Origin: Candidatus Dojkabacteria bacterium
Lineage (GTDB): Bacteria; Patescibacteriota; Dojkabacteria; SC72
Reading direction: 5' to 3'
DNA length: 64,000 nt
Assembly (NCBI GenBank): GCA_050950145.1
Contig: JBMNHB010000001.1
Coordinates: 428,820-492,819, forward strand
Position numbers and translations under genes: made by a program. The notes beneath the pieces are model-generated. The model saw only the letters and a program-made list of their open reading frames with translations, did not search any database and was not told the DNA's origin. How positions within the stretch are numbered: the first letter of the stretch is position 1; every line of letters begins with the position of its first letter. This document shows positions 36,131 to 44,586 of this stretch, one piece after another.

Positions 36131-37972
36131 ATGGCAAGTTTAACACATCTTCACAAAGCAAATTTAGGCACAAGGTCAAGAAAGAAATCAGATAATAAAG
36201 GGAAAAAGAAAAAAACTAATAACTCTTGGCTTCTGTACGTAATTACATTTTTTGCATTCATTGTTATCTTTCAATCATTTAGATGGCAAATTCTCCACGC
36301 AGATAAATTCAAAGACCTCTCAGAGGAACAATACAAATCAACACAAATCTCTATTGCTCCAAGAGGAAAAATAACAGCTGCAGATGGTACAGTATTAGCA
36401 GTTGATGAACCTGTATGGAATATCTACGCAACACTTAGTAACAACAAAGAAGAAAGAGACAAATTCTTTAATGATAAAGACAAATTTGTATCTGAGGTCT
36501 CTGGTATCTTAGGTATTAAAAGAGAAGAGATAGAATCAAAGTTAACTGATGATTTTGTATACGCACCTCTGAAAAAAGAAGTTTCAACAGAGAAGAAGAA
36601 AGCACTTGAAAGTGCAGAGATATTTGGACCAGGTACAAGAGGCTTTGGATTACATTTTGAAAAAGAAGAGAAAAGAATCTATCCAAATGACACACTAGCT
36701 GCACATGTATTAGGCTTCATAGGAAGAGATAGCGAAGGAAAGTCAGTAGGACAATATGGTATACAAGGATATTACTTTGGAGATATAAATGGAAGATTTG
36801 GATACTCATACGAAGAGAAAGACTCTTACGGTAATGTTATCTTAACATCAGAATACCAACCTGTTCTCCCAAGAGAAGGGAAAGATTTCAAACTAACAAT
36901 ACAACCTAACTTACAAAGTAAAGTTGAAAAAATCTTAGAAGAAGGAGTAAAAAGCACACGTGCAAAGAGTGGGAGTGTAATTATAATGGATCCTAAAACA
37001 GGAGCTATATTAGTTATGGCAAACTTTCCAACATACTCACCAGAAGAATACTGGAAAGCGCCAGAAACATCTGTTTTGAAAAACAAATCAATAACCGACG
37101 TTTATGAATATGGGTCTATCCAAAAACCTCTCACAGTAGCAATAGCATTAGATGAAAAAATAATAGATAAAGATTTTAAATGTCACGATAAAACTGGATA
37201 TTTAGACCTATACCAAGCAACTGGATATGCTGATCTAAAAGGAGCTAAGGTGTATACATGGAACAAAAAAGCTGCAGGAATACTAGATATCGCTGAAATA
37301 TTTAAAACATCAAACAATCCATGCACTGCTCAAATAGCTCTAAAGGTGAACGCCCAAGAGTACTATTCTAAGCTACAAGAATTCGGTTTAGGTAAATTTA
37401 TCGGTATAGGTTTACAAGATGAATCTTCCAACTACTTAAAACCTTTTGACTATTGGACAAAATTGGATGTAATAACCTCAGCATATGGACAAGGTATATC
37501 TGCAACAGCTCTACAAGCAATCTCCGCATTTAGTGTTTTTGCTAATAATGGTGTAAGAATGAGACCATACATAATAGAAGAGATAAAGGATGAGAATGAA
37601 ATAATTAAGATAAAACCACAAGTACTTTCACAACCCATCACAAAAGAAAGTGCACATATAGTACGAGATGCTCTCAATACAGCAGTACTGAGAGGATCAC
37701 TAGGTGGATTAGTAAAGGAATTAAAAAACTATCCTGTCGCAGTAAAAACAGGAACTGCACAGATTGCAAAGAAAGATGAGGCCGGATATAAGAGTGACTA
37801 TACAAATGACACAGTAGTAGGTTTTGCCCCCCTTGATAATCCAAAAATGATAATGTTGATAAGATTAGAAGAACCTCAAACAGCAGGATTCTCATCTTTA
37901 ACAACAGCACCTATATGGGAGGAACTTTTCTTAGCAATCGCAGACGACCTAGGAATTAAGAGAAAAAACTGA
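36131..37972 (+). CDS. ftsI: Class B penicillin-binding protein (FtsI/PBP2-type transpeptidase).
   Basis: N-terminal TM anchor. SxxK (GSIQKPLT), SxN (TSNNPCT) and KTGT (VKTGTAQ) motifs. It terminates at TGA. Confidence 0.85.
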   Translation: MASLTHLHKANLGTRSRKKSDNKGKKKKTNNSWLLYVITFFAFIVIFQSFRWQILHADKFKDLSEEQYKSTQISIAPRGKITAADGTVLAVDEPVWNIYATLSNNKEERDKFFNDKDKFVSEVSGILGIKREEIESKLTDDFVYAPLKKEVSTEKKKALESAEIFGPGTRGFGLHFEKEEKRIYPNDTLAAHVLGFIGRDSEGKSVGQYGIQGYYFGDINGRFGYSYEEKDSYGNVILTSEYQPVLPREGKDFKLTIQPNLQSKVEKILEEGVKSTRAKSGSVIIMDPKTGAILVMANFPTYSPEEYWKAPETSVLKNKSITDVYEYGSIQKPLTVAIALDEKIIDKDFKCHDKTGYLDLYQATGYADLKGAKVYTWNKKAAGILDIAEIFKTSNNPCTAQIALKVNAQEYYSKLQEFGLGKFIGIGLQDESSNYLKPFDYWTKLDVITSAYGQGISATALQAISAFSVFANNGVRMRPYIIEEIKDENEIIKIKPQVLSQPITKESAHIVRDALNTAVLRGSLGGLVKELKNYPVAVKTGTAQIAKKDEAGYKSDYTNDTVVGFAPLDNPKMIMLIRLEEPQTAGFSSLTTAPIWEELFLAIADDLGIKRKN

Positions 37973-38005
37973 GATAATAGAAAAATAAATTATTTTCTAC
38001 CACAT

Positions 38006-39034
38006 ATGACAGAAATATTAAAAAAGAGTATAGAATTGCTTTTCATCTCCACATTAGTATCTGTTGTCTTTGCACCAATAATGATCTCTTTCCTTTATAA
38101 ATTCAATCAAGTTAGTGGAATTAAAAAGTCAAAAATAGGAGGAGGAGAAGGTGACAACACTCTTTTTATGAAAATTATGAAAACTGCAACTACTAATGGA
38201 ACTCCAAATATGGGAGGATTAATGATTCTAGTAATCGTTCCAACATTAGTCCTACTTTTTGTACCAATAACAGAGGTTGTAAAAGTATTCTTAATAGGAT
38301 TCGTCCTCTTTGGAGTGTGGGGATTAATAGATGTTGCTGTCTTTACAAACGGATTTAAAAATAATGAAAAAATGAAGGCATTTCAAGAAACTTTTGAATG
38401 GAGACTTGGAAAACTACTCTTTTCAATTGTATTAAATATCGGCGTAATGTCACTTCTACAAAAAACAGGAGCTATACAAGAAATTAATATTGTTAACGGC
38501 TTTGCTATTAACTTCACACCAATAATTGCTGCCTTAAGTGGAGTAGTAGGACAGTTTGCTATATATTCAGCAGAATTAACAGATGGTGCAGATGGTTTGA
38601 TGATAGGTATAATGATGATTATTACTATTACTTTCTTTTTCCTCCTAACCATCCAACAAAAATACGAATTTTTACCAATTTTAGCAATACTTCTTGGAGT
38701 AGAAATTATTGATCTTTACTTTAATATCCCTCCAGCAAGATTTTGGAATGGAGGACCAGGAGCTATGCCTCTTGGCTTTACAATGTTCTTCCTTGCTATT
38801 GTAACTAATAATTTACTACCATACTTCTTCATGTCATCAATAACCTGGTTAATCATGCTTTCCAGCCTTATACAAATAGTTAGTATGAAATTTTTTAATA
38901 GGAGAGTGTTTAAAATTGCTCCAATACACCATCATTTCCAGGCAAATGGATGGCCACAATATAAAGTAGTTATGAGATTCTGGTTATTTACACTAGCAGT
39001 CTGTATACTAGGTTTCTACATAGGAATACTTTAA
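38006..39034 (+). CDS. mraY: Phospho-N-acetylmuramoyl-pentapeptide transferase.
   Basis: TPNMGGLM, AELTDGADGLMIG and APIHHHFQ motifs. Multi-TM. Confidence 0.85.
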   Translation: MTEILKKSIELLFISTLVSVVFAPIMISFLYKFNQVSGIKKSKIGGGEGDNTLFMKIMKTATTNGTPNMGGLMILVIVPTLVLLFVPITEVVKVFLIGFVLFGVWGLIDVAVFTNGFKNNEKMKAFQETFEWRLGKLLFSIVLNIGVMSLLQKTGAIQEINIVNGFAINFTPIIAALSGVVGQFAIYSAELTDGADGLMIGIMMIITITFFFLLTIQQKYEFLPILAILLGVEIIDLYFNIPPARFWNGGPGAMPLGFTMFFLAIVTNNLLPYFFMSSITWLIMLSSLIQIVSMKFFNRRVFKIAPIHHHFQANGWPQYKVVMRFWLFTLAVCILGFYIGIL

Positions 39035-39041
39035 GAAGGTT

Positions 39042-39752
39042 CTATTTACACTCTACTGTACCTTTGCTACAACTACATAACTGTCCTGACTCGGAATCAC
39101 TAAAAACATCATCCTCACCAAACAACACTCCGTTATATAGACACGCTTCAAGATCTATCTTCTTTCCTTCTTCATTCTTGTAATACACAGAATAACTATC
39201 TTCTTTTTCAACTTCAAATGGTTTTACTATAAATGTATTTGATACTAAACAATTTTGTGTATGTACAGATTCTTCAAAAGCACTCATTGTTGAAAAAGTA
39301 ATTTCCTGTGGACCAGATTCATAATATGCTACCTGACTTGGAGCCACTAAATCCTTACTACACCAAACTTCTCTTTCAATCACCACTTTTAATTCATTAT
39401 CCATCTCCGAAATATCAACTACTTTTACTTTACTAAAATCAGGTTTTGAAGAAACTAGAGTATTTAAGAAGGAATAGGAAAATTCTAAGTTATCTGTTCT
39501 AAAGGAGGAAACAAGTAAAGAATCATCATTTGCATCCTTCTCACAAACCATAATACCATCTTTTGTACAAACACAAGGAGAGTTTGTTTCTTTATCAAGA
39601 ACTGTCTCACCATGAGATACAATCTCCCCATTATATTCACATACATCCGTTTTCGCTGACTCAATAAGTTTGTATACAACAACACCTATTGATAATAGGA
39701 ACAAAAAAACCGTAATTATTAACAACCAATTCGTATTTCTCTTTTTTACCAT
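39042..39752 (-). CDS. Hypothetical membrane-anchored extracytoplasmic Cys-rich protein.
   Basis: N-terminal TM anchor. Cys clusters near both ends (CEYNGE..SPCVCTKDGIMVCEKD and GQLCSCSKGTVECK). Confidence 0.45.
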   Translation of the reverse strand: MVKKRNTNWLLIITVFLFLLSIGVVVYKLIESAKTDVCEYNGEIVSHGETVLDKETNSPCVCTKDGIMVCEKDANDDSLLVSSFRTDNLEFSYSFLNTLVSSKPDFSKVKVVDISEMDNELKVVIEREVWCSKDLVAPSQVAYYESGPQEITFSTMSAFEESVHTQNCLVSNTFIVKPFEVEKEDSYSVYYKNEEGKKIDLEACLYNGVLFGEDDVFSDSESGQLCSCSKGTVECK

Positions 39753-39810
39753 TGCTGTATGATTTTACCATATAACACCAAGAATTGTGTAGTTTGTGAT
39801 AAAATGAAAT

Positions 39811-40698
39811 ATGCATGACTCACATATTCACATGGCCATGGAGCCATTAAAAAGTAATGTATACGAGATAGTAAAGACTTTTCTTGATGAAGGTGGAAAA
39901 TATATTCTTACTCAAGGAACAGATATTGCAGATTTTAATGACAATTTTGAAGTAGCTAAAGTTGCAAACATGATAAAGGACAATTGTATGCAAGTAGCTA
40001 TTGGTTTACATCCAATATATTTTGAAGAGATTACTCTACAAAGAGGTATAACTGAAGATATATTTGAGAAATCACAGAAAGAGATAGAGAAATTTCTAGA
40101 GATTTTTAACAAAAAGAAGAAAGAGATAAGTGCAATAGGGGAATGTGGTTTAGATTACTATCAATTTACACTAAACCAAACATATACAGAAGACATAAAA
40201 GAGCAACTAAAAGAAATCCAAAAGATTATGTTAAGAAAGGAGATTCAATTAGCGATAGAGAACTCGTTACCACTAAGCATTCATGCAAGAGATCCTATGG
40301 GTGAGCATGAATGTATGAATGATACAATTAGAATAATTGCAGAAGAGGGGAAAGGTTTAGTAAAAGGATCTTTCCATAGTTTTACAGGAACTATTGAACA
40401 GCTACAACAAGTGCTAGATTTAGGTTTCCATGTTGGATTTAATGCAATAATTACATACAAAAGTGGGGAGAATGTAAGAGAAGTTCTAAAAAACACACCA
40501 ATTGAAAGAATACTCTTTGAAACAGATGGACCATTCCTTCCTCCTCAATCTGTAAGGAAGAATAACAAGATAAAGCAGAAGTTTGCACAACCAAAAGATA
40601 TTAGAGAAATAATGCAAGTAGCAACTGAAATCAAAAACATAAGTATGGATGAACTAGAAAGAGTCACTGATGAAAGTTACCAATCTCTCTTTATCTAA
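39811..40698 (+). CDS. tatD: TatD-family metal-dependent hydrolase/DNase.
   Basis: HDSHIHM, ECGLDYY, SIHARD, FHSFTG and ETDGPFLPP motifs. Confidence 0.85.
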   Translation: MHDSHIHMAMEPLKSNVYEIVKTFLDEGGKYILTQGTDIADFNDNFEVAKVANMIKDNCMQVAIGLHPIYFEEITLQRGITEDIFEKSQKEIEKFLEIFNKKKKEISAIGECGLDYYQFTLNQTYTEDIKEQLKEIQKIMLRKEIQLAIENSLPLSIHARDPMGEHECMNDTIRIIAEEGKGLVKGSFHSFTGTIEQLQQVLDLGFHVGFNAIITYKSGENVREVLKNTPIERILFETDGPFLPPQSVRKNNKIKQKFAQPKDIREIMQVATEIKNISMDELERVTDESYQSLFI

Positions 40699-41371
40699 AC
40701 ACACACACAAATTCACCATGTGGATTCTCATCAAATTTTCTTTCTTCTAGTTGTTCTAAAACATCTGATATCTTTCCACTAAAACTTTCTTCTCTCATCT
40801 TTGATATATCTTTTGCTAAATACACATCCATGTCTCTAAACTCATTCAATATTAATCTCAAAAGCCTTGTTAACCTCTGTGGAGATTCATAAATCACAAT
40901 TGTATTTTCTAGATTCACATATTGTTCTAATAGCTTCTTTCTCCTTTCATCACTCTTTGGCAAAAAACCTAAAAATACAAACCTATCTGTTGGTAAACCA
41001 CTAACAGAAAGAGCAGCAATTACAGCAGATGCACCTGGTATTGAAATTACTTCATAACCTTTCTCTCTTAAATCTCTAACCAACTTAAAACCTGGATCAG
41101 AGATTAGGGGAGTACCAGCATCAGAAATCAGTGCTAAATCTAAACCCATATCCAACTTCTCCAAAACCTTACCTATCATCCTCTCATGGTTTTGATCTCT
41201 GTATGAAATCAACTGTGTCTCTATCTCATACCTATCAAGAAGTTTCTTACTCTCTCTTGTATCTTCAGAAAGAACAAATGCAACACTCTTTAATACCTCA
41301 ATTGCTCTAAGAGTCATATCAGATAAATTACCAATTGGTGTAGCAACTATATATAGTTTTCCTTTTTGCAT
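40691..41371 (-). CDS. rsmI: 16S rRNA 2'-O-methyltransferase RsmI (tetrapyrrole-methylase fold).
   Basis: GKLYIVATPIGNLSDMTLRAIEVLK ... EDTR N-terminus. 226 aa. Confidence 0.85.
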   Translation of the reverse strand: MQKGKLYIVATPIGNLSDMTLRAIEVLKSVAFVLSEDTRESKKLLDRYEIETQLISYRDQNHERMIGKVLEKLDMGLDLALISDAGTPLISDPGFKLVRDLREKGYEVISIPGASAVIAALSVSGLPTDRFVFLGFLPKSDERRKKLLEQYVNLENTIVIYESPQRLTRLLRLILNEFRDMDVYLAKDISKMREESFSGKISDVLEQLEERKFDENPHGEFVCVFR

Positions 41372-41374
41372 TTC

Positions 41375-42061
41375 TTAATCTTCTAATTTTAATATCTTCT
41401 CTAAAACTAATTCTTCAGAAATATCCTTTGAATCAAGAGCATCTTTAACATCATACTCTCCAATCTCACTTCTTCTTAATTCTACAGCTGTTGCAAAAGT
41501 ACCAAGACACTTACCTAAATCATCAATCAATGTTCTTACATATGTTCCTGAAGAACACTCTATTTCAAAACTTACAAATGGCCAATCATATTTAACTATT
41601 TCAAAACTATGAATATTTACCAGCTTTGGTTTAATTTCAACTTCTTTCCCTTCTCTTGCTAGTTCATATGCTTTCTTTCCTTTAATCTTTACAGCAGAGT
41701 AGGCTGGTGGTGTTTGCTCTATCTCTCCCAAAAAGTTCTTCCCTATCTCTTTAATTATCTTTTCTTTAGAAATCTTTTCTACATTTTCTGAAATATTAAT
41801 CTTCTCACCTGTACTATCCTGTGTATCTGTTGCATATCCAAATTCTGTTTTAACTAAATATTTTTTCTTCAATTGCAAAATACTAGTCATTCTCTTAGTA
41901 GCTTTTCCTAAAAGAATAATTAGCAGACCAGTAGCAAATGGATCAAGAGTTCCTGCATGACCTATCTTCTGTTTCTTTGGTAAAACTTTCTTTAGTTTTC
42001 TAATCACATCATATGATGTAATATCTCTCTGCTTGTCTATTAGTAAAATTCCGTCTATCAT
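41375..42061 (-). CDS. truB: tRNA pseudouridine-55 synthase TruB. The track ORF extends to 42151; the likely start is the internal Met at 42061.
   Basis: GILLIDKQRDITSYDV ... GHAGTLDPFATGLLIILLGKATK, and a C-terminal PUA-like region. Confidence 0.85.
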   Translation of the reverse strand: MIDGILLIDKQRDITSYDVIRKLKKVLPKKQKIGHAGTLDPFATGLLIILLGKATKRMTSILQLKKKYLVKTEFGYATDTQDSTGEKINISENVEKISKEKIIKEIGKNFLGEIEQTPPAYSAVKIKGKKAYELAREGKEVEIKPKLVNIHSFEIVKYDWPFVSFEIECSSGTYVRTLIDDLGKCLGTFATAVELRRSEIGEYDVKDALDSKDISEELVLEKILKLED

Positions 42062-42092
42062 ATATCTAATTATATATGATTCTACTACAAAC

Positions 42093-42626
42093 ATGTTAAA
42101 TGGGATAACAATAGGGATTATAATTACTGCTGTATTATTTTTTGGTGGCATTATTCTAACAGTTTTGATTAATGCTTTACTTGCTCCAACAGTTAAAACT
42201 CCACAAAAGGTAATCTCTGAAATTCTTGACCTTATGAATCTAAAAAAGAAGGATATATTCTTAGATTTAGGTTGTGGAGATGGTAGGGTGGTATTAGAAG
42301 TATATAGATATGCTAAGTGTAAGTGTTTTGGATATGATATTTCACCAATTATGATAATACTTGCTAGAACAAGAAGAATTTTAAGTTTTCCTATGTCAAA
42401 GGATATTGTATTTGATGCTGATAATGTGTTTAGTGTTGATTTGAAAGATATTACAAAGATATATTGTTATCTTGATCAGAAGAGTATGAATGCTTTAAAA
42501 AAGAAATTTACTCCTTTTATTAAGAATGGAGGAGTAGTATATAGTTATAGATATGGTATTAAGGGTATGAAAGGTGAGAGGAAGATTAAACTAAGTAATG
42601 ATGAGTATTTGTATATTTATAGTTAA
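42093..42626 (+). CDS. Class I SAM-dependent methyltransferase with an N-terminal TM helix. Substrate unknown; start uncertain (the track ORF begins at 42033).
   Basis: Motif I DLGCGDGRV. Acidic motif II FGYDIS. Confidence 0.55.
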   Translation: MLNGITIGIIITAVLFFGGIILTVLINALLAPTVKTPQKVISEILDLMNLKKKDIFLDLGCGDGRVVLEVYRYAKCKCFGYDISPIMIILARTRRILSFPMSKDIVFDADNVFSVDLKDITKIYCYLDQKSMNALKKKFTPFIKNGGVVYSYRYGIKGMKGERKIKLSNDEYLYIYS

Positions 42627-42721
42627 AGGATTTTAAAGGGGAGTAAAAAAACATAGGTTGAGAGCATTTAGCTACACCAAGTTACTCCCCCTCAAGGGTT
42701 CTACTAAAATACAAAACATCT

Positions 42722-42901
42722 TTACTTTATTAGCCCCAACACAAGGGCTAAAAAAACAATAATTAAAATTACGGCACCAAAAGCGCCGTAATTGGCGACT
42801 GATTGAGATTGTTCTTTTGGAACAATCCCTTTTCTGCCTAGGGCTCTTGCCCCGGCATACAATAACAAAAAAATCAATACACTTATCAATAATTTTTCCA
42901 T
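42722..42901 (-). CDS. Possible small (59 aa) two-helix membrane protein with a good RBS. It is below the 60-aa track cutoff.
   Basis: GGAGATaaaaaATG. Protein MEKLLISVLIFLLLYAGARALGRKGIVPKEQSQSVANYGAFGAVILIIVFLALVLGLIK. The overlapping 120-aa track ORF (42672..43034) has junk-like Cys/Arg-rich composition. Confidence 0.3.
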   Translation of the reverse strand: MEKLLISVLIFLLLYAGARALGRKGIVPKEQSQSVANYGAFGAVILIIVFLALVLGLIK

Positions 42902-43069
42902 TTTTTATCTCCTCTCTTTTTTTAGTAAAACCCAATATATCCTCTAAAACAGATAGAGAACATATTGGGTTTACCAAACAGAAAAGTATGTAGAACCTTT
43001 TTAAAGAGCAGAAAGTAGCATAATGCATACCCACTTATATTATACTATAAGCCACTCAAAACCTCAACA

Positions 43070-43273
43070 GGTCTGACCTAGGTCTGCCCCCAGTTAAGAA
43101 AAATTTAATCTCAAGGATTATGCACTTCACAAAAGGTCTCATAACCCTCGGCATTGGTAGTATATACGAGTTACAAGTACAGACACAGGGACAGACACCT
43201 CAAAAGGGTATATCAGAAACAAAGATTTGAGCCTTCAAAAAGTTATGAACGAAGGTCAGACCTAGGTCAGGCC
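43070..43273. repeat. About 204-bp miniature inverted-repeat (MITE/REP-pair-like) element, copy B.
   Basis: Left end GGTCTGACCTAGGTCTGCCCCC (43070..43091). Right end GGTCAGACCTAGGTCAGGCC (43254..43273). Same termini and size as the 10935..11136 element. The internal sequences share a TTTAATCTCA block near the left end. Confidence 0.5.
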
Positions 43274-43291
43274 TATGTAGTATAATCAGGT

Positions 43292-44497
43292 ATGAGTAAC
43301 GAACCACTAGCATCAAAGTATAGACCTAAAACTCTTGAAGAGTTTGTAGGACAAGAACACCTAGTAGGAAAGAACGGTCCAATAAGGAAGTTTTTGGAAA
43401 CAGGAAATATCCCATCTATGATATTCTGGGGTCCACCAGGTACAGGTAAAACAACCTTAGCATACATCCTTTCTTTAAATCTCTACTATGATTTTCACAA
43501 AATGCAGGCTGTAAATAGTGGAAAGGAACATCTAAGGAAAATTATTAAAATAGCAATCGGTAATCAACAGTATGGTAAGAAAACAATCCTCTTTCTAGAT
43601 GAAATACACAGATGGAACAAAGCACAACAAGACACACTCTTACCATATGTAGAGAAAGGAATCATTACACTAATTGGTGCAACTACAGAAAACCCATCAT
43701 TTACTGTAATATCTGCACTTCTTTCTAGAACAAAAGTATTTGTATTCAAACAACAAACAGAAGAAGATATATACAGTCTCCTAAAGCGAATATCAAAAGA
43801 AGAATATCCTGATATTAAAATATCAAAGAAAGTATTAAAACAGATGGCTAATCTCTCAAATGGAGATATTAGATCTGCACTAAATATACTGGAAATGAGT
43901 TCTACACTAGCAAATGCAACAGATGGAGAGAAGAAAGAGATAACTACAGACATATTAACAACAACAGTACAAAAGCCAGTATATTATGACAAAACAGGGG
44001 AAGAACACTACAACATTATCTCCGCCATACACAAATCAATGAGGTCATCTAATCCTGATGCTGCTTGTTACTGGACAGGAAGGATGTTAGCAGGAGGAGA
44101 AGACCCACTGTACATCGCAAGAAGAATGCTAAGGTTTGCAAGTGAAGATATCGGTAATGCAGACCCACAAGCTGTCATATTAGCCAATGCAGTATATGAG
44201 GCTTGTCAGAAGATTGGTATGCCTGAGTGTGAAGTATTCCTTATGCAATTAGCAATATATCTCTCCAATGCACCTAAAGATAATACAGCATACAGAGTAG
44301 AGGGTGAGGTAAAGATGGATATTGAGAAGTATGGTAATCTTCCAGTACCCATGAATATACGAAATGCCCCTACAAAATTAATGAAAGAAATAGGGTATGG
44401 TAAAGGCTATGAATATGACCATGACTTACCAAGTAAGAAGTCAGATCAACAATGTATGCCAGATAAATTAAAGAACAGGAAATATATTAAGAAATAG
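43292..44497 (+). CDS. rarA: Replication-associated recombination protein A (RarA/MgsA AAA+ ATPase).
   Basis: KYRPKTLEEFVGQEHL ... MIFWGPPGTGKTTLA. A C-terminal MgsA-specific region is present. Confidence 0.9.
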   Translation: MSNEPLASKYRPKTLEEFVGQEHLVGKNGPIRKFLETGNIPSMIFWGPPGTGKTTLAYILSLNLYYDFHKMQAVNSGKEHLRKIIKIAIGNQQYGKKTILFLDEIHRWNKAQQDTLLPYVEKGIITLIGATTENPSFTVISALLSRTKVFVFKQQTEEDIYSLLKRISKEEYPDIKISKKVLKQMANLSNGDIRSALNILEMSSTLANATDGEKKEITTDILTTTVQKPVYYDKTGEEHYNIISAIHKSMRSSNPDAACYWTGRMLAGGEDPLYIARRMLRFASEDIGNADPQAVILANAVYEACQKIGMPECEVFLMQLAIYLSNAPKDNTAYRVEGEVKMDIEKYGNLPVPMNIRNAPTKLMKEIGYGKGYEYDHDLPSKKSDQQCMPDKLKNRKYIKK

Positions 44498-44586
44498 GAA
44501 TGTTTATTGCATCATCAATCTTTTAATTGTATAATTCTCATATAAACTCCCCAACATATATTATTTTGATGATCTAATAATATAAT

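Noticed and set aside
42672-43034. 120-aa minus-strand ORF.
   Set aside because: Cys/Arg-rich junk-like composition. A better-supported 59-aa ORF in another frame (42722..42901) explains the coding potential.
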